Source: Callorhinchus milii (lineage: Eukaryota). From it: a DNA stretch of 64,000 nucleotides. The stretch is taken from NCBI RefSeq assembly GCF_018977255.1, contig NW_024704742.1:113586001-113650000 (forward strand), given 5' to 3'. Made by a program: the position numbers and the translations under genes. This document shows positions 1-12,690 of this stretch, one piece after another; position 1 is the stretch's first letter, and the number at the start of each line of letters is the position of its first letter. Under the pieces are notes generated by a model. The model was not told the DNA's origin. It saw nothing but the letters and a program-made list of their open reading frames with translations, and ran no database searches.

Positions 1-572
1 GAAAGTTCTGGGTTCAAGCCCTTCTTAGAACATGAGCTCACCACATTGACTGATACTCCAGGGAGGTAGTGGGGGAGGGCTTTGTTGTGGATATGCTGTC
101 CCAATGTGCTTATTGATTAGGTAGTGCTGAGAGGAGTTCTGCCCTCTACAGATGGCCGCCTGATGCATCCATCCTGTGCAAAAATTGCCCCCACATGTCT
201 GAGAAATGCAGATAATCCTCCCTAAAGCCACATGTTTTCATAAAAAAGGTCAGGACACCAAAAGAAAAGAGAAAAAGTAGATGAAGCAGAGATACTGAAT
301 ACTCAGACTCACCGACAGCAAATAATTGCCACATAAGTGTGTTGGTGCACATTTGGTTTTCTCTTTGGTTGCAGTGAGGGTAACACTGCCCTCAGTGCCC
401 CTTCAGTTGTCAGCCAGGATGGTAGAGTACTGAAATTCCACCTAGTTCTAGTCTATGGGCCATTGTGCCTCAAAATCAAGATCACACACAATTGTGGATA
501 ATTCTAAAAACAACCATCTTCCACGTTAAGGCTGAATTTAGAATCTTCCACAATTCTGCGCAATCTCCAGTT

Positions 573-893
573 ATAATAATAATAATAATAATCTTTGCAT
601 TTGATATAGCGCTTTTCACGTCAGGAGGACGTCCCAAAGCGCTTCACAGAACACACTGTAAAGTGAATTGACTGTACATTTGTGGGCGAACGCGGCAGCC
701 ATTTGCGCACAGCAATGTCCCACAAACAGTCGTAGATTGAAAATGACCAATTTATTATTGTTTTTGGTTTTGGAGGGATTATTATTAGGTGTGTGGAGTA
801 AGGAAACTTGCCCAAGGTTTTGCCCTGCCTGGAATTTAACTCAGGTCTCTCACTTGCAAAGCGAGTGCTCTAACCACTGAGCTACAGGACTCC
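573..893 (-). mobile_element. tRNA-headed Deu-domain SINE, short subfamily (A), full length
   Basis: Minus strand reads GGAGTCCTGTAGCTCAGTGGTTAGAGCACTCGCTTTGCAAG (A box, anticodon arm, B box), then the Deu-like core GGGACATTGCTGTGCGCAAATGGCTGCCGCGTT, an L2-type tail and (ATT)n. Colinear with 55938-56255. Confidence 0.9.
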
Positions 894-1195
894 AAGAGCT
901 ACAAAACGTCTTATCGGCTAAGACTTGGGTGGAATTTTGAGTGAGTTGATTTATCCTTACTTCTTAATTCACTGTGCTGGAGTGTCAGTTGCCCTTGAGC
1001 TTAGAATTAAAGAGTCGACATTATAGGCCATTGGTATTTGAGTTGAAGACTGTTATTACAAGGTTAGTCGTTTAGCGCAAAACCAGATTTTTTNATCAGT
1101 TGTAGACCTATATAAAAACATGAAAGTGTTTAGTACGAAAGGCACAACCTTTCAACTTTCCAGTTTTGTTCTTTTATGTCTTTTGTCCATAGCAT

Positions 1196-1335
1196 CCCAG
1201 GAGAGGAAAGTATCAGTCAGTGGGTCCACTGCTGATCTCGAGACAATAGAAGCAGCCAGAATACATGCGGCATGTGGTTGAGGAGAGGATCAGGATCGGT
1301 TCCGATGCCCCCACAGTAAACCAGCGTGCCGACAG
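1196..1335 (+). mobile_element. Degenerate fragment of an ancient vertebrate SINE-like repeat
   Basis: Motifs GAGGAGAGGATCAGGATCGG..GATGCCCCCACAG..CAGCGTGCCGACA resemble the body of an old SINE seen in shark genomes. This is recall only; family not assigned. Confidence 0.3.
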
Positions 1336-1934
1336 AATAGTAATCAGCAGCTGTGCGAACATAATCCAGCAGAAAGGCAGGGGGTGGGGTGGGGGGAACT
1401 AAAGCAAAATTGGTGCATAAAGAAATAGAGCAAATGTTAAGTGTGAAAGTTTACTTTGGAAATAGACTGCAGCTGATGCCAAGTAAAACTACTTCTCTGG
1501 GGTGGTTCCTCACAAATTGTCTGGATGGGGTTGGGGAATTGCTAAATTGTAGTTACACAGCAGAGGTTGTGGCAATTCAAGGCAAAAGTCTCAACGAATT
1601 GGTGCCAGCATTTAATACGGTTCACGCAATGTGGGTCTGATGGTACCACATAGAAATAATGGGGTGTTGAGAGCTTTCATGCGATCTGGGAGATGCTATC
1701 CTGCGTGAGGGGTACTTGTTGTTGTTGAAGTTGTTGTGTTATTGCTGGATGGATCTGTTATACGGTCAGTGGGGTGGCTGAATAAGATCATGATGCTCTA
1801 CAGTGGGCTAGCTCTTGGGAGAATATTTGCAGTTTTGCAGGCAGGATTTAGTTTCTTGGCTCAATGTGTTCTATAGTGTTCCTGGTATTCTATTCATTCT
1901 AGATTATTTCGTAACAGATTTGATGTGGTACCCC

Positions 1935-2078
1935 ATTAAATGAATAGACAGGAGAGAAGGGAATAGAGTGGTAGAGAGGGATTAGGAAAGGTGGAGGCTC
2001 ATGTGGAATATAAACACCACCACGTACAACAGACGAATGGGCTGTTTTTGTAGTAGTCCATGTAACATTCCATGTAAA
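1935..2078 (+). mobile_element. CR1-type LINE 3' end fragment
   Basis: GGTGGAGGCTCATGTGGAATATAAACACC..GAATGGGCTGTTT..TGTAACATTCCATGTAA. A similar copy lies at 17715-17850. Confidence 0.55.
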
Positions 2079-2269
2079 TCTGTCATGAAACATTACAAAT
2101 TTCACCTCATGATCTGAAATCTATTAATCTATTAGAGAAGCTCTTTGAGTTTTTCAGAAAATGAGGAGACAATATCATTAAGAACAATAAGAAGATGAAC
2201 AGAGAAAAGTTGAGAAATGTGTACGTTCTCTCATTTGCCTGTCGAACCTACCTCTATCTCTATTGGTCT

Positions 2270-2445
2270 TTAAATCCCATTTTAAACCCAACTTCTCGGA
2301 TTACACCTGTTCCCCTCCGTCCCCCCCCCCCCCCCCCCGTCCCCCCGCTTACCATGTCATGGTCAACATCCAACCCCGACACTGTGAAGTGCTGAGACAT
2401 GAAGGGCACTATCTGGGACATGAAGGGCAAGCTGTTGTTGTTGAA
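2270..2445 (+). mobile_element. L2 LINE 3' end fragment with poly-C tract
   Basis: C-rich 3' UTR followed by GTGAAGTGCTGAGACATGAAGGGCACTAT..GTTGTTGTTG tail. Confidence 0.55.
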
Positions 2446-2464
2446 TGAATAACAGGCAGCCATA

Positions 2465-2690
2465 GATGAGAAATCAATTGAGGAATTGAAGAGATGGACA
2501 GATATTCAGCAGGTAAAAATATTAAAGGATATAGTAAATATTAAAGGATATGATAAAGAATATGGGAAAGTGAGGCAAGGGGCTGGTATTGAGGAAGGTT
2601 GCTCTATTTGAGTTATGGAAAGGTATGTGGTAGAGTGCACTCGATAGGCTGAATGGCATTCTCCTGCTCCTAATTTCCTATGTTCCTTTG
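2465..2690 (+). mobile_element. CR1 LINE 3' end fragment
   Basis: GAGATGGACAGAT..TAAAGGATATG..GGCTGAATGGCATTCTCCTGCTCCTAATTTCCTATGTTC is a typical CR1 tail. Confidence 0.7.
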
Positions 2691-2830
2691 TACTCACACA
2701 CACATGTGGGTAAACACACACATACACAAACACGTACATACACACATGTACACACGCTTACCCACGCACGCGCGCGCACACAGAAACACATACATACACA
2801 CCCACATATGGGCACGCACATACACACACA
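2691..2830. repeat. Imperfect (CA)n/(CG)n microsatellite
   Basis: Directly visible. Confidence 0.9.
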
Positions 2831-3119
2831 ATCTGGATATGGATGGGTGGTGAAATTTGCTTCCTCTCCATGACAAACATGAAATACCTAGACACTCAGT
2901 AACAGCATTTATTAATAATTTCACACACCCACTGTTGGAGCCCTGAGGCTCCACCGAGCCACAAAATTGATCTTTCATATGTATGCTAGGAAGAGGCTTG
3001 AGAGAGGGAGGGGGAACTCCATGCACAGGTGAGTGTCTCAGAACCGCTATATCAAATTCAAACTGATGATGGCACTGTGGGGAGATTACATTTAAGAAAC
3101 AATGTACATTTTGCATAAC

Positions 3120-3400
3120 TTTAATATAATTAGCAGTTGCAAAGTGTTTTACGGTAATTAAGTGTAGTGACTATTTTGTAAGCAAACATGGCAGCTATTT
3201 TGTACACAGCAAGGTTTCAAGTAGGCATGAAGTGAATAACCAATTTATCTGGGGGACTGTTGGCCAGGAATAACAGAAGAAACTCCCTTCTCATTTTGAA
3301 TAGTGCCAGGGAATCTTTAATGTCCACCTGTACAAGTTGAAAAGACTGGCTTAATGACTCGTGTGAAAGACATTTTCCGTGCGATGGCTGTAACAGGTTC
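3120..3400 (-). mobile_element. SacSINE1-like DeuSINE fragment
   Basis: GGCAGCTATTTTGTACACAGCAAGG and AACTCCCTTCTC..TTTGAATAGTGCCAGGGAATCTTTAATGTCCACCTG match the copies at 21310 and 39480. Confidence 0.75.
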
Positions 3401-3494
3401 ATTGTCTAAAAATGGATGCAGTACAAACAGCAGCTTTAAGAGAAGCCATCTATTTTGTATCGTTTTATTGCTTCAAGACAACATTTTTAGTCCC

Positions 3495-3635
3495 ACTTCA
3501 ACACTGAGCACAATGTCCAGGCTGACTCATTGGTGCAGTACTGGGAGTGTTGAATTGTCCAAAAATCCTCCACAAAAATGATCAGTCACTTGGTGGCTGT
3601 TCATGGGACCTTGATGCATGCAAATTGGTTACCAA
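3495..3635 (+). mobile_element. SacSINE1-like DeuSINE fragment (internally deleted)
   Basis: GTCCAGGCTGAC..GTGCAGTACTGGGAGTG and GGGACCTTGATGCATGCAAATTGG. Confidence 0.6.
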
Positions 3636-4989
3636 CTAACCTTATTTGTTTTATCTTTGAGAAGGCTTCTATTCAAAACGCAGTTGACAGGAATGAAAAC
3701 AATGTTCATTTGGGTTTCTGGCTCAGCACGTGGAGCTTTACTGCAGTCAGTCAACAAAGTAAATTGCTACATAACAATTCGCAGTTAGGTTGTTAATTTG
3801 CCATCTTGCCATACAAACCAATACACAATACCTCCCGCAATGAATTCCACTTCATCAATGAAACGTTTAAGAAGAACTATTATTGTGCTCATTATAAAAA
3901 TCTAATCAAAAATATGGATGTATTGCTATCTGTATTTATTATAATTTTTTTCATTGTTTGCTATTGTTTCTGGATCCCTTGCTAGGATAGCATCACATGG
4001 TGGTTATCAGATTTGTAGTCTTTGGAGGGCTATGATCATTAGACGTGAGTTAATCATAAAGGAACATTCAGCGGCCTTGGAATACTTATTTGAGCTATCT
4101 GCGAGAGGCGGTGTTAAAGATCAGTAGATTGTGGGTATCAAAAGGACTATAACAATTAACAATGTCTGAACGCAATGTCATCCATGTTTAGCTAAGGCAT
4201 TTTACTTAAAGAACCAGTTAAATAATCAACCCACTGGTTTTACACACTATAAAACAGCAAGGCTTCTTATAGAATGATCATGGACCAGAAACAGAATTCA
4301 GACCACATTAAAGATGAAAAATGTTACCTCGTTGCTACAGACTACCTTTATTTAAGATCAAGACTTTTAGAACTCTCTCTCAAATAAGTTTAGCGTACTT
4401 TTTGTGCCCATACATTTAGCCGAATAGAATAGAATTCAGTCCATTATCGCAAAAACAATTGGGAATTTAATTTGCATTTTTCTTATTTAAAGAACCTGAA
4501 TAGAATTTTGGTCCACTTGTGGGAAACCCGCACTGGTTTTGCAGATCAAATCAGAATGGAGTTCTCACTGGTCAAAGTGAGATACTGGTCCCCACTTGCG
4601 TGACCAGACTCTTTATTAAATAATCCGGTTAAGAAATACTGCAAGTTACAACAACTCGCATTCATATAGCATCTTTCACGCGGGGTAATGTTTCAGACTG
4701 CTTACATTTGACTACAAATTATCACAATTTAGACTATCTTGAGTTCAGTCATTTTTGTAGAAATTCATGTGTTAGTAAAAATGTTTTAAAGAACGACAAA
4801 CAAAAATCCTATTGAAACAATGAAGTGGTACAAGTTGATAAAGCGCTCTGGGACACTGCCCCGCATGAAGGGTGCTATATAAATGCAAGTTGTTGTATAA
4901 TGGGACTGGAACAGCAACAGTATGTATAACTTGAAGGTCAAATCTTTATTGTTCTTTATAAAGGCTGCTCTATTATCAGTATCAAATCG

Positions 4990-5185
4990 TATCAATGCAT
5001 TAAACTTTAGTCTTAACCTGCAGATTGATCGCAATACTGTATTGTGGAACATTGCTGTGTGCAATTTGGTTGCCATGTTTGCCTACAAAATACAATCACT
5101 ACACTTTACAGTACATCCTGTGAAGTGCATTGAGACATTCTCCTGATGTGAAAGGCATGGGATCTAATGTAAGGATTATTTATTA
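4990..5185 (+). mobile_element. DeuSINE 3' half
   Basis: TGTGGAACATTGCTGTGTGCAATTTGGTTGCCATGTTTGCCTACAAAATACA..GTGAAGTGCATTGAGAC tail. Confidence 0.7.
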
Positions 5186-5574
5186 CTATAACTAAAAATG
5201 TGAAGCCTGAAAAAATTGAATAAATTAAAGATGTAAGTTTTACAGTGGTAGTAAAAATCAAATGTAATTTTAACATTTTTTGGGAGTTTCTGAAAAGATA
5301 ATTCTTGAATTTTGTTTTTACAAATACCCAATAGACCAGGCTTTAAAAATGGCTCATAGCTTTGTCTTCTAGCTTTGCACGCATCATAAACATAATACCT
5401 TAATATACATTTATTGAGGAGACCCCAAGTGCTGTGACCTCGTAACTGTAGCACTGACTATCAACCTTTGATCTGGAGCTCCTCAGTTTCTCTGGTATGT
5501 TTTTTTTAAAAAGGAGCAGTTGCATAAAAAGTGTTTGACTGATCTTCTCTTTTGTTGTTTATCAACACAGCAAG

Positions 5575-5700
5575 TTGTTTGGATCTGGGTGTCTGACACA
5601 TGTGGAAACCCATCACCATGCTTAAGAGTATCCAAACCAAGAGTTCCACGCATCCCATCCACACATTGAAATTGCTATATATTGGAATGTTTCAAATGCA
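5575..5700 (+). repeat. Unnamed interspersed repeat family X, copy 1
   Basis: GGGTGTCTGACACATGTGGAAACCCATCACCATGCTTAAG is shared with 6147, 12612, 22490 (rc) and 48195. Confidence 0.75.
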
Positions 5701-5779
5701 AAGTTTGTATTACTTTAACAGGATTTGCTGTGATACCGCCACGATTGTCCAACATTCCAACATTCATGCTAGATAATTA

Positions 5780-5907
5780 TTTGGGGAGGACAAGTTTGCA
5801 GGGTTATGAGGAAAGAGCGGGGGAGTGGGATTGATTTTCAAAGATCCAGCACAGACACGATGGGTCAAATGGCATCCTTCTGTGCTGTATAATTCTATGA
5901 TTCTATG
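5780..5907 (+). mobile_element. CR1 LINE 3' end
   Basis: GGAAAGAGCGGGGGAGTGGGATT..CAGCACAGACACGATGGGTCAAATGGCATCCTTCTGTGCTGTATAATTCTATGATTCTATG. Confidence 0.8.
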
Positions 5908-6146
5908 CTAACATTCATTGCCCAGGTTCCTACAATGAGCCAAATGTGCCAGAGCTGAATGACAACTGAGCCTGATAATGCCATACCCCTGTATCAACAA
6001 CACCTCAGGAAATGGAAGGGCAGTTTTGCCTCAAAAAGGGACTAATTTATTTATATCAACCTTTGAAAGCTGGGCTGAGAAGAATTTCTTTTGCACTTTG
6101 ATCTCCTCTAAATTCTTTCTACTTCTCACTCAGTGCCCATAACTAT

Positions 6147-6403
6147 GTCTACACAAGCAGAAACCCATCATTATGCTTAAGAGGTTCCGAACCAAACTGA
6201 GAATTCCATACATCGACCTAAACATGGAAATTCCAGTGATGTTTATTGGAATGCAATGTGCACTTTCTCCCTGGAGGGATGTATTTTGCTTACCCAATTC
6301 TGGAGAGTATTCGATTCAGGTTGGCAAGAGACAAGGCTTGGGTACCCAAGTGTGCGTTATGGGACTGCTGGAGTAGTACCAGCTAAAACCGCATAGCTTG
6401 CCA
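6147..6403 (+). repeat. Unnamed interspersed repeat family X, copy 2
   Basis: GAAACCCATCATTATGCTTAAG..GGATGTATTTTGCTTACCCAATTCTGGA..ACTGCTGGAGTAGTACCAGCTAAAACC aligns with 48195-48430 and 22490-22742 (rc). Confidence 0.75.
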
Positions 6404-8204
6404 GTTAAAGCTCTGTTTGGAAAGCTTTCCTGCTGCTTGCCAGCTCAGACCACCTAACTATTAGGATTTTGACTTGCAGGGTTAATGGGAGCTCAGTGTG
6501 ACCGGTCTGCCCTTCCAAGTCCTGCCAATGAGCCAGGCTGGCTGTGCCGTCATCAGCAGTGCCCTGGAATACTATGGTCTCCCCTGGTTCAGGAGCCGGA
6601 TTACCAAGACCGGCACCGAGCGTTGACTCGATTCTGACATTCTGTTGACAAGCGTGGCACCTTGGAGTCAGTTGAGCACTTGGAACCATTGTGCAACTGG
6701 GCAGTATATTGAAAGAAAGTTGTTGAGGAACAATCACCAGCAATAGTGAAGCAGCTTCCCTTCGAGCTGGGAGATCGGAAAAGATAAAATGGTCACAAAT
6801 CCCAGCAGGTAGGAATACAGTATATCTGATTTTTAGTTCAATGAAATGCACTGAAGGGAGGGGGTACATTTATCTTAAAAACATCTTTATGGATTGATAA
6901 TCCCATTTAAATATACAATTTCAATATACAATGTCAGACATTTCACATGCTTTTATTTCATGAGAATAGGAAGGAGGAAATGCTGGCATATTTTGAATAT
7001 AGCATTCGTGTTACAATATCAAATTATTGCTATGTATAGTGTCAGTGAGTTAAGGAATCCAAACCACTGGTAGAAGTAAGGTAACATTTGGTAATTTAAC
7101 TCCTATAATTTTATACGCTATTAACAGCAGCAGAAAGAATATAGAATTCTGAATATATACCTGTAGAAATGACAACTGAGGAATATAAATTTCCAAGAAA
7201 TTAATGCAAAATAATGCAGTGTTATTCACACCTTTGATCAGAAAAGCAGTGTAAATGAGACATGCTTTACAGAGAGAACATCCGTTTCAGATCTAATTCC
7301 CCACACTTCTAATGAATTCATATCAGCAATCACTTCAGCACAGCTGAATTGGTTGTTAAATTAATTGAAGTTTGCAACTGATCAAGTCCATCAAATTCTT
7401 TGAGAAGCTTGTTTCCAGTGTTGCCAATGGAGAATTGTTTTTTTATATACTGGCAGGAAGAGCAGTTGCAACCCAATTTGCTGCAGATGCAACCCAGAAT
7501 AATGTTAACCCCCACACTAGTGCACAAGGGTGGAGAACATAAAGAGTATTCGATCATACACACAGCTTAAATTTAAGAATTGATTTGTGCCATTTCACGT
7601 TGTGCACTGGGATCATTGTTTCTCTTTCTATTATTCTTTAATTGCAGATAAAACTTTCAGAAAAATCTTGCAGTAAAATCTCGTTCACAAAATACAGTCA
7701 CACCACTTTACAGTATACTTTGTGAAGCGCTTTGAGATATCTCGACTAAGGGATAAGGCACTATATCAAATGCAAGGATTATTGTTAAGCTTCTACTGTG
7801 GATATTCTGCAGAAAGTGGCCCAGAACCAGACAGGAGTTGTTTTCATTCTGGATTTATACTAGCATTATTAAATGCTAAGGATTTACTCTGGAGCCCTGA
7901 CTAAGTATACTGGGTTTATACGAATGGTTTATTATGTCACATCAGCAGTTTAACTTAAAGGTCTGCATGAAGAACATAGAATACATGGAAGATTAGAAGC
8001 CACAGCAGCTTTTGAGCCATTGTTTCCAAAATACAAGGTACAATTTACATTGCCTGAAGGATATGCTCATGATCAATTCTATATATAAGCTTTTCAATTC
8101 CTTACCCTTTCCTTAACCAGACAGTGATCCATTTCCTTTTTGGTAGTTAACTAACATTCTTTATTAATTTTATTTACTATTGTGCAGGACATCAACAAGA
8201 GTGC

Positions 8205-8352
8205 AAGTTTCCCTGATGGCTCAGTGAGTTTATTCAGTGAGTGACTGAAACATACAGAATAGCAGGAAAGATAACAGATTAGATCCCTGGTTTGTATGGA
8301 GTTAAACTCAAACCAGGCAGCAGTTAGGGTTTTGTAACTGGCCTCAGTGCAG
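8205..8352 (+). mobile_element. Degenerate 5' part of an ancient tRNA-headed SINE
   Basis: CCCTGATGGCTCAGTGAG (A-box-like)..GATCCCTGGTTTGTATGGAGTTA..TAACTGGCCTCAGTGC. Family not assigned. Confidence 0.4.
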
Positions 8353-8439
8353 GATTAGAATCAGAAAGAAATATACATCGTAACAGAAGATAAGGTCCCA
8401 AGATTCATTAATTTCCAGAAATCAATCCCTAATCCTTGC

Positions 8440-8892
8440 ATACTTACCAAACTCCATATCCCCATCTCACCAGTTCTGGTCAGGCTCCACTGGCTCCCCA
8501 TCACCGAACGGATCGACTTCAAGATCCTCACACTTGTGTTCAAATCCCTTCACACTCTGGCACCTCCCTACCTCTCTGACTCACTCCCCAATCCACCACC
8601 TGGTGCCTCCGCTCAACTGGCACCAGCCTCCTGCTTGTCCCTCGTGCCTTCCGCTCCACCATTGGAGGTCATGCATTCAGCCACTACTCCCCGAAACTCC
8701 GGAACACTCTCCCTCAACCCCACTGCCTTGCCCCTTCTCTCCCCTTTTTTGAGCCCTGTCTGAAACCGTCCTTTTTGACCGTGCTTAGTCACCTCCCCCA
8801 TTCCCCCCGGCTCGGAGTCAGGCTTCGCCACTGTTAAGTGCTCTGAAATGCTACCCTGCGTGGAGGGCGCTATATAAGTGCAAGTTGTTGTT
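8440..8892 (+). mobile_element. L2 LINE 3' fragment
   Basis: Encodes LHWLPI..RIDFKILTLVFKSLHTLAPPYLS (L2 ORF2 C-terminus). Tail is GGGCGCTATATAAGTGCAAGTTGTTG. Confidence 0.9.
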
Positions 8893-9294
8893 TACTGTTG
8901 TTAAATTGTCCTTTGGATCTGTGTACCTATATCTTCTTGTTCTACTGTCTCGACGAATCCTAAAAAGCTATTTACTTTTTCAATCTGATATAAAATTAAA
9001 TTTTGAGGTCCGCTCTGAGTTGTCTTCTCTCAAAACTAAGAGCCCAAGCTTGACTAGTCATTGTTCATAGTTTATTCCCCTAAAAATGGGGATAAACCTC
9101 CTTACTCTTGCCTGCATTGAGCTTCTAGCTAGGGCTTGGGCAGCCCCCTCATGTCGCAATGTACTCTTTACCATATTGCAAATATAAAACGTTTGACCTG
9201 CCAACAAATTGTAAAAACTAAAAATGGTTTATCCTCATTAAAAGTAAATAAATTCTGGGTTTGGAGTGAAAATATATCAAGGTCAGGGATGAAG

Positions 9295-9735
9295 CAATAA
9301 TAATAATCCTTGCATTTGATAAACTGTAGTGTCTTATCATCTTGTCAAAATGTCTCAAAACACTTAACAGAATTGACTGTAAAGTGCAGTTACCATGTGT
9401 TTATAAATGAACATAGCAACTAATATGTGCACAGCAATGTCCCACAAACATTCGCGAAGTAAATGAAAATTTTATCTGGGGGATTGTTAGCCCGGACACA
9501 GGGAGATACTCTGATCTCTTTTTGTAAGTGTCATGGGATCTTTTACATCCAGCTGAACAGACAGATGGGACCTCAGTCTAAACTTTTCATCCAAAGAATG
9601 GCACCTCTGACAATCCAATGTTTTTCCAGCACTGTACTGGAATATTAATCTTGATTATGAATCCAAAGTACCCAATCTGGGGGTTTGAACTCACAAGTGA
9701 ACCCATTCTCAGATGTCAGAGTGCTACTGGTATTC
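9295..9735 (-). mobile_element. SacSINE1-like DeuSINE
   Basis: Tail AATAATCCTTGCATTTGATA, Deu core GTGCACAGCAATGTCCCACAAAC, and CATGGGATCTTTTACATCCAGCTGAACAGACAGATGGGACCTCAG. Confidence 0.8.
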
Positions 9736-12611
9736 TCCTTACCGCAAAAAAAATTTCTTCTCTTTGACAGGCTTAATACGTATGTTGCCACATTAACAAA
9801 ATACCTTAACAATGTCACTCAAATTATACTGCAAAGTAGGGATTTCTACTTAATATGTCTGGTTATTTTGACAAACTTGGTATATTTATAAATAATGTAT
9901 AGATTTGTACTAAAATTTAAATTGCTACAGAAAGATAGAGAATTTAATTTATATAACCTTACATTAAACGGTTTCATATTTAGAAACTGACAATACCTGC
10001 AAATTATCAACAGCTCTCTAAACACAGCCTGAGTGAACTCCTATTGGAATTATGAATGATCTGGACAAGCATGTAAAACATATATCTGAAATATTGCTAG
10101 AGATTAGACAGGAATCACCTACTGTACTACATAGTAATGTAAAAATTAAATGCATTTTTATTTCTATCAATTTCCATATTTGACACTGTTCAGGGTTCTA
10201 GACATTTTATGATGGGAGTCTGTCTTTGGAAACTATTATACTTTGCTACCTAGCAACCAATTACCTACAGAGACAGCATGACTTATAAATTTATACTTGT
10301 ACAGCTAATCTTACCTTGTAATTACACATTCACAAGCTTCATAATTATGGATTTACATTGGTATCTAATGTATATCATTTCCCCTGTACCACCATTAGCG
10401 ACATGCATTGAAGACATTTCATTCGTTGCTACGTAGATTTTGGCAGTCTGCGTAACTTAGTGAATCTTGTTTTTTTACAGAACATATTGAGACAAAATTC
10501 ATGTTTTTGAAAAGATTTAATATTATATCCCAAGTGTTTAATCCATGTTTAAGAACAGAAATTCAACACATTGAACACATTTGCACAGTTTCTCTTACTA
10601 GTCAAAACAATTAAATTGCTCTCTGTAACTGCACTGCTAACTGCTTATGCAGGTGCCCTCAGCTGGAAATCTGGGTAAATAAATAATGAAGCCTCCATAA
10701 TCTTCCATGTCAATAACTCTCAAAAGTGTCCTACAAGGCTCAACACATAGAACTCTGAAATCTTCATGACCTTACATGTTAAAACGGTGAGATTAAAGCT
10801 TTAAACATGCAGATTTTGGAACATTCAGAATCCAGGCTTAATTTCAATACTTAATAATTGCAGAACCCTGGTTTCTTAATTAAGGCAGAATTTAAGAACT
10901 GACTAAATTCAGCCTGAACTTTAAATTTTAAGCCAATAGTCTTCAAGATAAGCTCATGAGAATTTCAGGCCTCGGATGTGTCATTATATACGACATTCTA
11001 TTTAATAATCCCCACCAGTAAAAGGTAGCACCATATTATATTGAGTATTCCCTGTGTGAGCCCGATTTTTATTGAAATAGCATGAAGGTAGCATCTTAGC
11101 CATTGTGAGTGAGAGTTATGGCTTAAGTTTTGAAAGCGAAAGGGGAAAAAAACAAGCAATAATAAAGAATACACTTGTGATAGTATGCATAGCTAGACCT
11201 TTCAAGAGTAGCACTTCCAGGAATAAGAAGCTAGACCCCCCAAAAACAGCAGATTAGCAGGTCAGTAGTGAATTTAAACCAACTGAAGCTATTTCCCATC
11301 TCTGAGTGACTGTCTAATTTAATGTTGGGATTTGAACAATGCCATAAACAATGAGAGTGCAACTCAAGTAATTCTTGGGGATAATCTGAAGCTGAATGTA
11401 AAATAACTCTCCACTCATAGCCTTATACTATACCCTGTGTATACTGAAAAGGACTGAAAACATATTTTAGTAAATAATAGCGTTGTGAATTAACTTTTGA
11501 ATCAACTTTCTTAATGCAAAAATACCCAAATGACTCATCTTTAAGTATAGTAGCTATAGTTTTCAAATGAATATAACTAGGCTTGCAGGTTTCTGATTTT
11601 AATTGGTAAAAAATGTTTGGCAGGTATTCCAAATGTCTTCAAATCGAGGAAAGTAAATTCCCATCTTTAAAAATAGTTTTGTTCACATATTATTTTATTG
11701 TTTTGAACTACAAAAGTGGCCAAGTTCTGGGTCGTAGGGTCACCATGGATATCACTTTCTATGTGCTATAAGGGCCATTCTGATATTGTTTTTGCATGAT
11801 TTATAATATATGGAATGTGTAAACTAACAATGTCATTTCACATGAACATGAATTAAGGAACTGATGTGATATTACAAGGCAATTAGGAGTTCAGTCTATG
11901 TTATACACACCGTGTAGATTTTGAATCTAAAGACTGGAAGATTACAGCTGTTGCTCATATGTCTGCAGTTTCTGCACCCAGCCCTTAAGGACAAATAGTA
12001 TTATTGCATACTTAATTGTAGTTGACAGGAATACCATACAGTGACAGAGTATATTATGTACATATATTGTTCATTATGCTTTCTGCATTTAGAGTTTTTA
12101 TGTATAAAAATGATTTAGATATGATCAAAGAGGTTGTCTGGATCAGGAGTGTTTGGGATGGTACTCAAGGACTGATCATCTTCTTCCTGGGGGCTGGATA
12201 GTGGTGCAGGATTAGCGGAATGTGACCTGGAAAATAATTTAAAAAAACTTTAGAGGAAGACATTTAGCCTTTTAATATAATTTTAAATAAAAATATCAAC
12301 ATTAATAATAAAATATTTTTTGCATTTGATACAGTGGCTTTCATGCCAGAGAAAAAAGTGCTCCACAACATTTTCTGTAAGGTGTATACTCCTTTGTTTG
12401 CACGCCATTTTCAAAACATCTGCTTTTTCTGAGCAGGATTTATCCATATTACAATAGCTGAAAAGCCTCGGTAAAGTAAGGTTGTACACAGAGATCAATT
12501 TTACAGAAATCTACCAGGAAATCAATCTTTTGATAGCTTAACAACATTATTGCAGGGACACCTTCTGATGCATTTGTTTTCTATTGAAAAAATACTTGTG
12601 TCTATTTATGA

Positions 12612-12690
12612 TGGTCAACGGATGTCTGAGACATGCGAAAACCCATCATCCTGCTTCAGAGTATCCAAACTATATGTACAGAGTTTCTGT
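12612..12690 (+). repeat. Unnamed interspersed repeat family X, copy 3 (short)
   Basis: GGATGTCTGAGACATGCGAAAACCCATCATCCTGCTTCAGAGTATCCAAAC. Confidence 0.65.

Noticed and set aside
1094..1094. Single ambiguous base n
   Set aside because: This is an assembly ambiguity at the end of a T run, not a biological feature.
1480..1900. Possible retroviral or LINE coding remnant on the minus strand
   Set aside because: The strand-skewed composition is suggestive, but there is no diagnostic motif and there are multiple stops. It cannot be supported.
2688..3116. His/Thr- and Val/Cys-rich ORFs
   Set aside because: They are translations of the (CA)n microsatellite.
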